Part shown: piece after piece, positions 55,480-64,000 of the stretch
Layout: every line of letters starts with the position of its first letter
Position numbering within the stretch: the stretch's first letter is position 1
Assembly: GCA_016793325.1 (NCBI GenBank)
Contig: JAEUKI010000056.1
Location: 4,221 to 68,220, forward strand
Origin: Myxococcales bacterium
GTDB taxonomy: Bacteria; Myxococcota_A; Polyangia; Polyangiales; Ga0077539
Direction of reading: 5' to 3'
DNA: 64,000 nucleotides
Notes under the pieces: model-generated
The model's input: only the letters and a program-made list of their open reading frames with translations
Told to the model about the DNA's origin: nothing
The model's database searches: none
Position numbers and translations under genes: made by a program

Positions 55480-56228
55480 ATCTTCTCGAGCACCGCCTCG
55501 GCGTCGCCCGCGAGCGACGAGCTCGGCCCGTCGAACACGAGCTTTCCCTCGCGCAATCCGAGGATCCTCGTCGCGAACCGCCGCGCGTGATCGACGGTGT
55601 GCACGTTGACGAGCACGGGCACGCGGTGTTCGCGTCCGTACGCGCGCAGAAGGTCGAGCACGACGTCCGCGAGGCGCGGGTCGAGCGACGCGGTGGGCTC
55701 GTCCGCGAGGAGCAACCTCGGCTCTTGCGCGAACGCGCGCGCGACGGCCACGCGTTGCTGCTGACCGCCCGACAGCTCTCGCGCCGGCGCGTCGAGCTTG
55801 TCCGCGAGGCCCACCTGCTCGAGAGAGCGCGCGGCGATCGCTCGGTCTTCATCGGAGAATCGCCCGAGAATTCCCTGCCAATATGTGCGTCGCGGCACGC
55901 GCGCGAGCAGCACGTTCTCGAGCGCGGTGTACCTCGGGACCAAGTTGAACTGCTGGAACACGAAGCCCACGCGCGCGCGCGCTTCGCTGAGCGCGCGGCC
56001 CGTCGCGGCGCTCATGTCCGTCCCGTCGAGCAACACTTGTCCGCTCGTCGGCTCGACGAGGCGCGCGATGCAGCGCAAGAGCGTGCTCTTTCCCGCGCCG
56101 GAGCCGCCGAGGATCGCGACGAACTCGGGGTCGTCACCGCCCGCGACGTCGAGGCTCACCGGTTCGAGCGCGCGCGTTCCGTTGGGCCAGACCTTGGTGA
56201 GCGCGCGGAGAGAGAGCGACGGTGCCAT
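55431..56228 (-). CDS. phnC: Phosphonate-type ABC transporter ATP-binding protein (PhnC-like)
   Basis: Walker A GGSGAGKST, Q-loop, signature LSGGQQQRVAVARA, Walker B LLLADEPT, H-loop. No adjacent permease or binding-protein genes seen. Confidence 0.75.
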   Translation of the reverse strand: MAPSLSLRALTKVWPNGTRALEPVSLDVAGGDDPEFVAILGGSGAGKSTLLRCIARLVEPTSGQVLLDGTDMSAATGRALSEARARVGFVFQQFNLVPRYTALENVLLARVPRRTYWQGILGRFSDEDRAIAARSLEQVGLADKLDAPARELSGGQQQRVAVARAFAQEPRLLLADEPTASLDPRLADVVLDLLRAYGREHRVPVLVNVHTVDHARRFATRILGLREGKLVFDGPSSSLAGDAEAVLEKIYGASAVTNVVQPRAK

Positions 56229-56270
56229 GCGTTGCCCCATCCGTTCGAAGCGTGAAGACCGGGGACGCGC

Positions 56271-56978
56271 TCAGTGCACGAAGTGGGGAACGACGTGGCA
56301 ACCCGCGTCGAGCGGCGGCGCTCCGGGGGCCTTCTGCGTGTCGAGCAGGACCGTAAACGCCTCGGGCCAGCGACGACGAAAGAGATTGCAGTTGCCCGGC
56401 TCGTTGTCGAACGACGCGACGACCTTGCCGAGCTCGTCGAACTCCGCGAGCAAGCGCTGCTTGAAATCGAGGTCGGGCTCTTCGAACGTGGGCTTCATCA
56501 CGAGCTCGACCCTGGGAACGCCCATCGGAAACCCGTCGTCGCGCAGCGTGCGCGCGGTTCCGAGCAGCATCCCAGGCGTGTCGCGCCCGGTGAGGTACAC
56601 GAGCGTCGCGCCCGCGTCCCAGCACTCGCGCGCGAACGTCACGGAGCCAGGGACAGGCACATCGTCCGCGCACGCGGCGTCCGTGAAGAACCGAACGCGC
56701 CACGCTTCGCGAGCCAACGCGATCATCGCGTCGCTGACTCCGATCGGCGCGAGCGTCTCTTCGAGCCGATAGCGAACGTCGTTGGCCGAGAGCGCGCGGA
56801 TCTTTCGTGCGATCTCCGCGTGCTCGCGCGGGAGCTGCGCCGCGAACGCGTGCAGGATCCTGAGCGTGCGGGGGCGGTTGTCGTAGAGCGTCCCGTCGAG
56901 GTCGAAGATCACGACGGGGCGGCCGCCGCGCAGCGCGTGGACGCTCTGGAGGATGGTGGCGAGTACGGATTGACCCAT
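56271..56978 (-). CDS. HAD-superfamily hydrolase
   Basis: Motif I FDLDGTLYD, motif II-like LVYLTGRD, downstream Asp-containing motif (FDNEPGN). Confidence 0.75.
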   Translation of the reverse strand: MGQSVLATILQSVHALRGGRPVVIFDLDGTLYDNRPRTLRILHAFAAQLPREHAEIARKIRALSANDVRYRLEETLAPIGVSDAMIALAREAWRVRFFTDAACADDVPVPGSVTFARECWDAGATLVYLTGRDTPGMLLGTARTLRDDGFPMGVPRVELVMKPTFEEPDLDFKQRLLAEFDELGKVVASFDNEPGNCNLFRRRWPEAFTVLLDTQKAPGAPPLDAGCHVVPHFVH

Positions 56979-57045
56979 GGGCGTATGCGAGTGAAGCGAT
57001 CGACGGGCGTCGAACGGGCGCGGAAGCTAACATACGAACCCCGCG

Positions 57046-57222
57046 ATGACTGCAACCGACTCGCTCACGGACGGATCGCTCCAGACGCTGGAAGAGCTCG
57101 TAATGCGCTGCGTCGCGAGCGGCGGCAAGACGTCGCTCGTTCGCGTCGTCGTGCAGGACGAGTACACGCACGACGTCGTCGTTCGCGACGGCGATCGATG
57201 GCTCGTCTACGACTCGACCTGA
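57046..57222 (+). CDS. Small hypothetical ORF (58 aa)
   Basis: Manual translation MTATDSLTDGSLQTLEELVMRCVASGGKTSLVRVVVQDEYTHDVVVRDGDRWLVYDST in an otherwise empty 510-bp gap. A second ~54-codon frame follows immediately (possible frameshift or second small gene). Confidence 0.25.
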   Translation: MTATDSLTDGSLQTLEELVMRCVASGGKTSLVRVVVQDEYTHDVVVRDGDRWLVYDST

Positions 57223-57488
57223 CTGGGCGGACTGACGGCGGTCGCCGTCTGGAACGAAGAACCCACTGAACAATCGCTGCTCGCGGCGCGCGTAGCGCGA
57301 GGCTGGGCGCCGACGCCTACCTGGATGGTGGACGGCCCGAAAGTGCTCGGCTACGCCGCGTGCCTCAACAACGCCGCACGATGAACGACGTCGAAACCAG
57401 ACGTGCGTCGGCGTGGTAGAGCTCGAGTCGAACCGCCACGAACCCAGCGATCGACGGGCGTCGAACGAACGAGCGGCGGTGTAGCGCG

Positions 57489-58073
57489 ATGACAGAGCTC
57501 TTTTTGGTGCGGCACGGCGAGGTTCACAACCCGAGTCGACTTCGGTACGGACGGCTCGCGGGCTACGCGCTGTCCGAGCAGGGACGACGCGACGTCGAAT
57601 CGTGCGCGCGCTGGATTTCTTCACGAGGAGCACGCGTTCGCGCCATCGTCTCGAGCCCGCTCGAGCGCGCGGTCGAGACGGCGGACATCCTGCGCGCCGA
57701 GCTCTCGTTGCAGTGCGAAGTGCGAGCCGACCCGCGCTTGATCGAGGCCGAATCGCGCTTCGACGGCCTTCGGTACCGCGCGGATTTCTGGGGTCACGCG
57801 AAGCGCTGGCTCGAGCGCGGACACGCGGACGAAGCGCCGGCGCTCGTCGCTTCGCGCATGCGAGAGGCGCTGCGGTCGATCGCGGACGGGACCCGCGACG
57901 CGGCGATCGTCGTGTCGCACCAGCTGCCGATTCAGTATCTGCAGGTGTCGCTGCGTGGGGTCGCGACGGTTCGATCGTGGCACCGTCGTCCGCGCTGCGA
58001 GACGGCGTCGGTCACGGTGCTCGCTGCGGACGGAGCGACGCTGCGCGTGCGCGAGTACTGGCAACGAGCGTAG
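57489..58073 (+). CDS. Histidine phosphatase family protein (phosphoglycerate-mutase-like)
   Basis: LFLVRHGE catalytic RHG motif. Second His motif IVVSHQLP. Confidence 0.8.
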   Translation: MTELFLVRHGEVHNPSRLRYGRLAGYALSEQGRRDVESCARWISSRGARVRAIVSSPLERAVETADILRAELSLQCEVRADPRLIEAESRFDGLRYRADFWGHAKRWLERGHADEAPALVASRMREALRSIADGTRDAAIVVSHQLPIQYLQVSLRGVATVRSWHRRPRCETASVTVLAADGATLRVREYWQRA

Positions 58074-58079
58074 GCGCCG

Positions 58080-59453
58080 TCACAGCGCGCGACGACGGCG
58101 CGTGACGAGGGCGGTGGCGACCGCGGCGAGCGCGGCGAGCGCGGTCGTGTTCGTGGGGCTCGAGCCGGGTGTCGTGCAGCCGCACGAGCTCTTGTTGTTT
58201 TGCGGCGTGCTCGCGCGCGGGCGCTCGGCGGGGATGTTCCAGTTGGGGATCGGGGCGTTTGGATCGATGCGCGGGCGTTGCGGCTCGTTGGCGGGCTCTT
58301 CGCCCGGCGAGCTCGATGGTCCACCGTCGCCGGGCGCTCCGCCGTCGCCGCGGGCCGTGGCCGCGCCGGGCGGTGCAGTGCTGCCTGTGACTTGCGAGCC
58401 GTCGAGCTTCACGTTTGCGATCACGGCGTCGAGCAACGAGCGGACGGCGGCGGGCGACGATGCGTTGGCGACGGTGACGACGAGCTCCGCGTGTCCGCCG
58501 TTGTCGAGCGGGACGACGGCCACCATGCGATCGATCCGCATCGATTGAGCGGGACCTTCGGGCGACTCGGGGATCGACACTTGCGCGTGGACGGCGCCCA
58601 CGAATCCAGCGGCGCCCTGCACGGTGATGGGGCTCGGCTCGTCCATCGTGACGCGCCCGCCGAGCCGCGAGAACTGCCGGTCCATCGCTTGTCGATAGAA
58701 GTCCACCGCGGCGCGCGCTTCGACCACGGTTCGCGCGGGCAAGCGCGACTCGAGGACCTCCGCGGACTTTCCTTCGCTCTCGACGAGGCACGTTCCGGCG
58801 AGGCGCAGTCCGTTGGGCGTCGAGCCTTGGACGTCGCCTCGCGTGAGCGGTCGAGGGCACGCGGTGATGCCGACGCGCCACTGCGGCGCGGCGCCGTCGA
58901 TCCCAACGATCGCGGGGACGATCAGTCGTAGCGCCGCGAGCGCGGTGCTTCGCGCGTTGGTCGACACGGCGCGCAGCACCACGGTGCTGTTGCCGACTGG
59001 GATGATCGCGACTGCCCCGGTGACACGCGTGGTCGTGCCGCCCGGACCTTCGCCTTGCGCTTCGCGCTCGAGGACGCGGCCGCGGACCGTTCCAAACGTC
59101 TCGTCGCGGAGCGACGGCATCGCGTCGGGCGGGGGAAACTGCGCTTGCATCAAGAGCTGAATCGCGAGCCGCGCTTCGTCCGAGCCCGGTCCGATCGGCA
59201 CTTCGATTTGCAGCCCGCCGACGGTCATCGGGTCCTTGCGGCACGTCACGAGCGGCCGCTGCCCCTGCGCGCCCGGAACGATCGGCGGCGCGGTGCTCCA
59301 TCCTTGCGGACAACGGAGCTCCACCTGCGCGTGCGCATCGGAGGCCGCGAGCGAGAGACCCGCAGCGGCCGCGAGCGCGAGGGAGATTGCGACGCCTCGC
59401 GCCCGCGAAGGACGCGCGAGGCGAGCGAACGGAACTGCACGAACGGGCACCAT
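58080..59453 (-). CDS. Secreted hypothetical protein with MYXO-CTERM sorting signal
   Basis: Start MVPVRAV. Signal GVAISLALAAAAGLSLAASDAHA. C-terminus SCGCTTPGSSPTNTTALAALAAVATALVTRRRRAL = Cys motif + hydrophobic helix + Arg cluster (MYXO-CTERM pattern). Confidence 0.65.
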   Translation of the reverse strand: MVPVRAVPFARLARPSRARGVAISLALAAAAGLSLAASDAHAQVELRCPQGWSTAPPIVPGAQGQRPLVTCRKDPMTVGGLQIEVPIGPGSDEARLAIQLLMQAQFPPPDAMPSLRDETFGTVRGRVLEREAQGEGPGGTTTRVTGAVAIIPVGNSTVVLRAVSTNARSTALAALRLIVPAIVGIDGAAPQWRVGITACPRPLTRGDVQGSTPNGLRLAGTCLVESEGKSAEVLESRLPARTVVEARAAVDFYRQAMDRQFSRLGGRVTMDEPSPITVQGAAGFVGAVHAQVSIPESPEGPAQSMRIDRMVAVVPLDNGGHAELVVTVANASSPAAVRSLLDAVIANVKLDGSQVTGSTAPPGAATARGDGGAPGDGGPSSSPGEEPANEPQRPRIDPNAPIPNWNIPAERPRASTPQNNKSSCGCTTPGSSPTNTTALAALAAVATALVTRRRRAL

Positions 59454-59564
59454 CGTTTTCGCGCGCGAACGTAGCAGAACTCGCCGCGCATGCGACAAGC
59501 GCACGCACAAGCGACTCCCCCGTAGCTTTCCCCAATCGAGCGAGCGCGAACGCCCGCGGAGCGC

Positions 59565-60026
59565 TCAGCCTTCGGTCGAGGCGGTGACCGTGACCTTGAA
59601 GGTCGCGTTCACGTCGGGCGCGATGTGCGCGACGACTTCGTACGTACCGACGGCGCGGATGTTGTCGACCTTGAGCTTCTTCTTCTCGATGTCGAAGCCC
59701 TTGGCCTTGAGCGCGGTCTCGATGTCCTTCGAGGTGATCGAGCCGTAGAGCTTGCCTTCGCTGCCAGCGCGAGCCGTGAGCGCGATCTCGACGGACGAGA
59801 CCTTCTCGGCGACCGTCTTGGCCTCGGCGCGAGCCTTGGCGGCGCGCTCCGCTGCGACGCGCTTGATGTGCTCGAAGCGCGCGACGTTTCCGTCCGAAGC
59901 CGGCAGCGCCAGCCCCTTGGGAACGAGGTAGTTGCGGGCAAATCCCGGCGAAACCTTCACGACGTCGCCGCCCTTGCCGAGCTTCTCGACGTCCTTTTGC
60001 AGAACCACGTTAACCGAACGAGCCAT
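59565..60026 (-). CDS. rplI: 50S ribosomal protein L9
   Basis: Typical L9 N-terminus MARSVNVVLQKDVEKLGKGGDVVKVSPGFARNYLVPKGLA. Confidence 0.9.
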   Translation of the reverse strand: MARSVNVVLQKDVEKLGKGGDVVKVSPGFARNYLVPKGLALPASDGNVARFEHIKRVAAERAAKARAEAKTVAEKVSSVEIALTARAGSEGKLYGSITSKDIETALKAKGFDIEKKKLKVDNIRAVGTYEVVAHIAPDVNATFKVTVTASTEG

Positions 60027-60046
60027 GATTCATCTCCTCCGGGGTG

Positions 60047-60352
60047 TCACTGCGCGACAGTGAACGGCAAGAGCGCGATCATGCGACCGCGCTTGATCGC
60101 CTCGTTCACCATGCGCTGGTGGAACGCGCAGTTGCCCGAGATACGGCGCGGGACAACCTTGCCGCGCTCGGTGAGAAACGAGCGCAGCAAGAGCGAGTCT
60201 TTGTAGTCCACAGACGTCGCCTTGTCCGCGCAGAACTTGCAAACCTTCTTGCGTCCACCGCGGCGGCGGTCAGCGATATTGAGTCCTGCGACTTCCGCTT
60301 CGCCCGCCTCGGTGAAGTCATCACGATCCAGGTTTCGATCACGCATCGTCAT
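60047..60352 (-). CDS. rpsR: 30S ribosomal protein S18 (with ~25-aa N-terminal extension; start uncertain)
   Basis: Core [59 protein letters not shown] matches S18. Confidence 0.85.
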   Translation of the reverse strand: MTMRDRNLDRDDFTEAGEAEVAGLNIADRRRGGRKKVCKFCADKATSVDYKDSLLLRSFLTERGKVVPRRISGNCAFHQRMVNEAIKRGRMIALLPFTVAQ

Positions 60353-60367
60353 GAGAGCCTCCGTTGA

Positions 60368-60928
60368 TCACTGCGCGGGCTTGTCGCCGTCGGACTTGGT
60401 TTCGGCCTTGGGCTCGATCTCGGCCGCGGTGGGCTCGGGAGCGGGCACGTCTGCGTAGCGATCACCACGCGGAGCTTGGTTGATCCGGTCGTCCGAGAGA
60501 CCCAACGAAGACTCGATGTTCTCTTCCTTGTCCTCGTCGCCCTCGACGATCTCGATGCGGCGCACCTTCACGTCCTCGGGGTCGACGGTGAGGGCCTTGG
60601 GGTCGACGTTCTTGCGGAGCGCGACGGTGAGGTGACGGAGCACCGTGTCGAGCATGCGCAGGTTGCGCTCGACCTCCGCGACGACGCCGCGGTAGCCGAG
60701 GTAGCGAACGTAGACGTAGAAGCCCTTGCGCTGCTTGCCGATCGCGTACGCGAGGCGGCGCTTGCCCCAGCTCTCGACCTTCAAGAGCTTGCCTTGTCCT
60801 GCTTCGATCGCCGCGAGAACGCGGGCGATCGCCTTCTCCGACGCGTCCGAGTCGATGTCGGCGCGGAGGATGAAGATGGTCTCGTAGTCTGTGGCTCGAG
60901 ACCGGTCGATCGTTGCTTCGATGGTCAT
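60368..60928 (-). CDS. rpsF: 30S ribosomal protein S6 with acidic C-terminal extension
   Basis: YETIFILRADIDSDASEKAIARV...WGKRRLAYAI matches S6. rpsF-rpsR-rplI gene order conserved. Confidence 0.9.
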   Translation of the reverse strand: MTIEATIDRSRATDYETIFILRADIDSDASEKAIARVLAAIEAGQGKLLKVESWGKRRLAYAIGKQRKGFYVYVRYLGYRGVVAEVERNLRMLDTVLRHLTVALRKNVDPKALTVDPEDVKVRRIEIVEGDEDKEENIESSLGLSDDRINQAPRGDRYADVPAPEPTAAEIEPKAETKSDGDKPAQ

Positions 60929-61101
60929 TGCGGCACGTGCCTCCTGGACTGAACGGGCCCGCGGTGTGCCAGTGCGTCCGCGAGCGAGGGTGGTTTGTGA
61001 AACCGATGATTCCCCGTAAAAGGGGCGCGCTCTCTAGCACGGTGCGTTTCGGCTGTCACCAGGGGGCGCGGAAGCGGGGCGCACTTTTTCGTCGCGCGCG
61101 C

Positions 61102-62079
61102 TCACGCTCGCCGGGGAGCCACGCCGGTTCGCCGGCGAAATGCCCGCGCAAACGCGCTCGAATCCGCGAAACCTACGCTGCGCGCGACCTCGCCCACCGA
61201 GCGCGCGCGATCACCGAGCAGCTCGCTGGCCCGCTCGGCGCGAAGCTCGTCGCGCAGCGCGCGGAGGGACGTGCGCTCGGCCTCGAGTCGGCGTCGGAGC
61301 GTTCGCTCGCTCATGTGCAGCCTCGACGCGACGTCGTTCGTGCTCCAACGTTGGTCGAGAGACGAGCCGATCACCTCGCGAACGCGCTGCGCGAAGGATC
61401 GAACCGCGCCGAGCGTGGCGAGCTCTGCGTCGAGGTGCGCCGCGAGCAACCGCGTCATCGCGGCGTTTTCGAGCGGCGGCCGCGCGGCGAGGCCGTCTCG
61501 ATCGAGCACGAGCTCTGTGCGGCGAGCGTCCCATTCGAGCGCGCAGTCGAGCCGCGCCGCGAGGTCGTTCGCGTATCTCGGGCGCGCGTGCGCGAATCGA
61601 ACGCGCGTGGGTCCGACGCCGACCACGCGTCGCAAGCCGACGCACACGTGCGCGAGCATCGCTTCGATCGACGCGCACTCGCCGAACGTCGAGGGGTCGG
61701 GGCCCGAGTACCGAACGATCGCGTGCTCCCGCTCGTGCGCGAGCGACCACCGCGCGGCCTCGTTGATGATGGGGTACGCGCGGATTGCAGAGGCGAGCGA
61801 GTGCGCGCCGGTGGGCGCGGTGAGCACGGCGAAGCCGTAGGGACCCAGCGACTCGAGCGCGAGCGCTTCGGCGACGGCGACGGGCCACGCGGAGGCTTGC
61901 CGCGCAGCGAGCGACCACACGCGGTGAAGCACAGGAACCGGGACGCGCTCGAGACGCGCGAGCTCGTTCCACTCGACGCGGGCGCGACGTGCGAAGCGCG
62001 CGGGCGCTTCACCGACACGCGTGGCGCACGTCGTGACGATGTGTCGAATGGCGTCGGTTCGAGCGGTGGGAGCGTTCAT
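61102..62079 (-). CDS. AraC-family transcriptional regulator
   Basis: Start MNAPTART (verified). C-terminal AraC HTH (WSTNDVASRLHMSERTLRRRL...VGEVARSVGFADSSAFARAFRRRTGVAPR). Confidence 0.75.
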   Translation of the reverse strand: MNAPTARTDAIRHIVTTCATRVGEAPARFARRARVEWNELARLERVPVPVLHRVWSLAARQASAWPVAVAEALALESLGPYGFAVLTAPTGAHSLASAIRAYPIINEAARWSLAHEREHAIVRYSGPDPSTFGECASIEAMLAHVCVGLRRVVGVGPTRVRFAHARPRYANDLAARLDCALEWDARRTELVLDRDGLAARPPLENAAMTRLLAAHLDAELATLGAVRSFAQRVREVIGSSLDQRWSTNDVASRLHMSERTLRRRLEAERTSLRALRDELRAERASELLGDRARSVGEVARSVGFADSSAFARAFRRRTGVAPRRA

Positions 62080-62220
62080 CGCGGCGGCTGCACTTCGAGC
62101 GTCGGGGCGGACGCGAGCGTGGTCGTAGCACGTGGCCGTTCGCGCACGAAACGTTGGCCGGTCGAGCACGGTCGCCGAACGGCGCCGGGCGTACGCATCG
62201 CACCGGAGGTTCATTCATCC

Positions 62221-62820
62221 ATGCGATTCGCTCTCTTTCTTGGGCTCGTTCTCGTTTCGTCCCCGTGCTTCGCGCAGTCGACACCGCCGCCGCCGCCAGC
62301 GTCGACCGAGCCGCGCGCGGGCTCGTGGAACGACTATCGCCGCGCGGTCGCCCTCGAGTTCAACGTGATGTGGCCCATCTTTCCCGGCGGAATCTACGAC
62401 CTGCGCGTGCAGATCCCGGTCGTTCGCGCGGACCGCGGGCACTTTCGCGGAGAGCTCGTGCTCGGCGTTCACACGGACTTCGCGTGGCGAAGCGTGCGTG
62501 ATCCGAACGCCGGGCGCGTGGCCTTTCTCGGAGGAAAAGTCGGTTGGCGACAGTTCTTCGGCTACGGGATCCACCTCGAGGTCGTCCTGCACGCGGGCTG
62601 GCGTCACGAAGAGCAAAACCCATGGGACGGGATGCCGATCCACTCGTTTCAGGGGCGGCTGTGGTCGTGGCTCGGTTACCAGCACGAGTTTACGACGCGG
62701 TTCTACGCAAACGTCCGCGGCGGCTTGGGGGTTCACACGTTTCGCACGGATCGCTTCGCCGATCGCGAGCGGCTGATCGCAGGTGGAGGCGACATCAACC
62801 TCGGGTTTCGCTTTCAATAG
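62221..62820 (+). CDS. Secreted hypothetical protein (possible small OM beta-barrel), divergent from the AraC regulator
   Basis: Signal MRFALFLGLVLVSSPCFAQS. Aromatic-rich beta pattern. C-terminal ...INLGFRFQ. Confidence 0.55.
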   Translation: MRFALFLGLVLVSSPCFAQSTPPPPPASTEPRAGSWNDYRRAVALEFNVMWPIFPGGIYDLRVQIPVVRADRGHFRGELVLGVHTDFAWRSVRDPNAGRVAFLGGKVGWRQFFGYGIHLEVVLHAGWRHEEQNPWDGMPIHSFQGRLWSWLGYQHEFTTRFYANVRGGLGVHTFRTDRFADRERLIAGGGDINLGFRFQ

Positions 62821-62887
62821 CCGCGGGTCGGGGAAACACACGGGTTGGCGCGGCGGGCGAATGCGCGGACACTGCCCTGCATCAAGC

Positions 62888-64000
62888 ATGGTCCGCACGG
62901 TTCGCGGGAAGCTCCTGTTGTTGCTCGGCGCAACGATGTTGTCGGCGCTCGTGTCGTTGGCGCTCGTCGCGTGGCTCTTGCAGAAGCAAGTCACCGACGT
63001 CGTGGCCGACCGTGTTCCTGTCGCGGTTTCGGGGCTCGAGGTCGAGCTCGAAGACGAGGTTCGCAACGTCTCGCTCGTCTCGGGCGTGCTCGAGCAGTCC
63101 CCGCACCTCGCGCGGCTCGTCCGCGAAAACACGCCCGATCGCGCGCTTCGCCCGTTGCAGCGAATGCGCACGGCGTTTCCAAACGCAGACCTCGCGCTCT
63201 ACCGCGCGGACGGGACGCTCTTCGCGCAGATCGGCATCGCGCGTCCGTCGACCAACCTCGCGACGAGCGCCCCCGAAGCGATCGCCGCGGCGCGCGGACG
63301 GTCGCGCTGGCAAGGAGTCGTGTCCGGCGGATGCGAGCTCGATCGCCGCGCGGACGTGTTCGCGTTCGTGCAGGTCGCGCCGCTCGAAGACGCCGGGTTT
63401 GTTTTCGTGTGTCTGCCCATCGACCGAACGCTCGTGCTGCACGCGGCGAAGAACGTCGGCGTCGAGGTCGCGGTCGCCGTCGATCGAACGCGCGCCGTCG
63501 TCGCCGCGACCGATCGATTTCCGAGGGCGCTCGGGGCGCACGCGGCGCGCGCGCGGCAGATCGAGACGGACTCGGACGGGCGACGCTGGGCGTTTGCGCT
63601 CGCAGAACACAGCAGGCTCTTCGGGCAGGGCACGCGAGACTCGCCGCTCGACTTCGTCGTGGCGCTCGACGTGAGCGCGGTGTCTTCGCGCGTACGCCAA
63701 GACCTCCTCGGCGCGGCGGCGGCCCTCGTCGCGATCACGCTGCTCGCGCTCTGGGCTGGTTCGAAGATCGCCAGCCAAATGAGCGACGGAATCACGCGGC
63801 TCGGCGACGCGATGAAGAAGCTCGAGTCCTCGCAGTACGGCCACGTCGACGGCGTGAAGACCGGCGACGAGATCGAGGACCTCGCCGTGGGCTTCAATCA
63901 CATGGTCGACGGGCTCAAGGACCGAGACCACCTGCGAGCGACGTTCGGCAAGTACATGACCCAGTCCGTCATGGAGCACCTGCTGTCGGGAAAGGTTCAG
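62888..64000 (+). CDS. Membrane sensor with periplasmic domain + HAMP, followed by the start of a class III adenylate/guanylate cyclase domain (3' truncated by window end)
   Basis: Manual ORF with no in-window stop. TM1 LLLLLGATMLSALVSLALVAWLL. TM2 AAAALVAITLLALWAGS. HAMP (IASQMSDGITRLGDAMKKL...DEIEDLAVGFNHMVDGL). Then RATFGKYMTQSVMEHLLSGKV, the typical lead-in to a cyclase domain. Confidence 0.6.
   Translation, partial: MVRTVRGKLLLLLGATMLSALVSLALVAWLLQKQVTDVVADRVPVAVSGLEVELEDEVRNVSLVSGVLEQSPHLARLVRENTPDRALRPLQRMRTAFPNADLALYRADGTLFAQIGIARPSTNLATSAPEAIAAARGRSRWQGVVSGGCELDRRADVFAFVQVAPLEDAGFVFVCLPIDRTLVLHAAKNVGVEVAVAVDRTRAVVAATDRFPRALGAHAARARQIETDSDGRRWAFALAEHSRLFGQGTRDSPLDFVVALDVSAVSSRVRQDLLGAAAALVAITLLALWAGSKIASQMSDGITRLGDAMKKLESSQYGHVDGVKTGDEIEDLAVGFNHMVDGLKDRDHLRATFGKYMTQSVMEHLLSGKVQ

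Noticed and set aside
56134-57633. 499-aa minus-strand ORF overlapping the HAD gene and the 57-kb gap
   Set aside because: Poly-Arg/Ala translation without motifs. It overlaps a well-supported HAD hydrolase in another frame.
1-64000. CRISPR arrays, insertion sequences, integrases, rRNA genes
   Set aside because: No regularly spaced direct repeats, no transposase/integrase-like ORFs, and no rRNA-like conserved stretches were seen anywhere in the window.

Overview
High-GC (~70%) chromosomal segment, almost certainly from a Myxococcales (delta-proteobacterial) genome. Evidence for that: a MYXO-CTERM sorting signal, many Ser/Thr kinases, Cys-rich secreted repeat proteins, and Arg-rich junk in antisense frames. 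About 50 genes are supported. Housekeeping blocks (rpsF-rpsR-rplI, rplY-pth, lipB, M17 aminopeptidase, OPT and MMPL transporters) are interleaved with dense signalling: three histidine kinases, four eukaryotic-like Ser/Thr kinases (one fused to an FGE-sulfatase domain), a HAMP-cyclase, and MocR and AraC regulators. Many secreted or lipoprotein hypotheticals are also present. The most unusual items are: (i) an 842-aa major-vault-protein (MVP)-like gene; (ii) a hypothetical protein, translationally coupled to lipB, that carries a near-exact copy of the RNA polymerase beta-prime N-terminal zinc-ribbon (ZBD) motif; (iii) a 1693-aa HEAT-repeat / HExxH / vWA giant protein preceded by a ~1-kb stretch of lower-GC DNA with no coding signal; (iv) a ~113-nt intergenic element present twice with compensatory stem changes, a candidate sRNA or MITE; (v) two TM2-domain proteins with prion-like low-complexity N-termini, one paired with DUF2752; (vi) a MocR regulator divergent from a PNPOx-like/GNAT fusion with TACCA direct repeats in the shared promoter. 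No rRNA, tRNA, CRISPR or obvious transposase was found. Coordinates come from the ORF track plus manual start-codon choice; functions are motif-based inferences, with no database search run.
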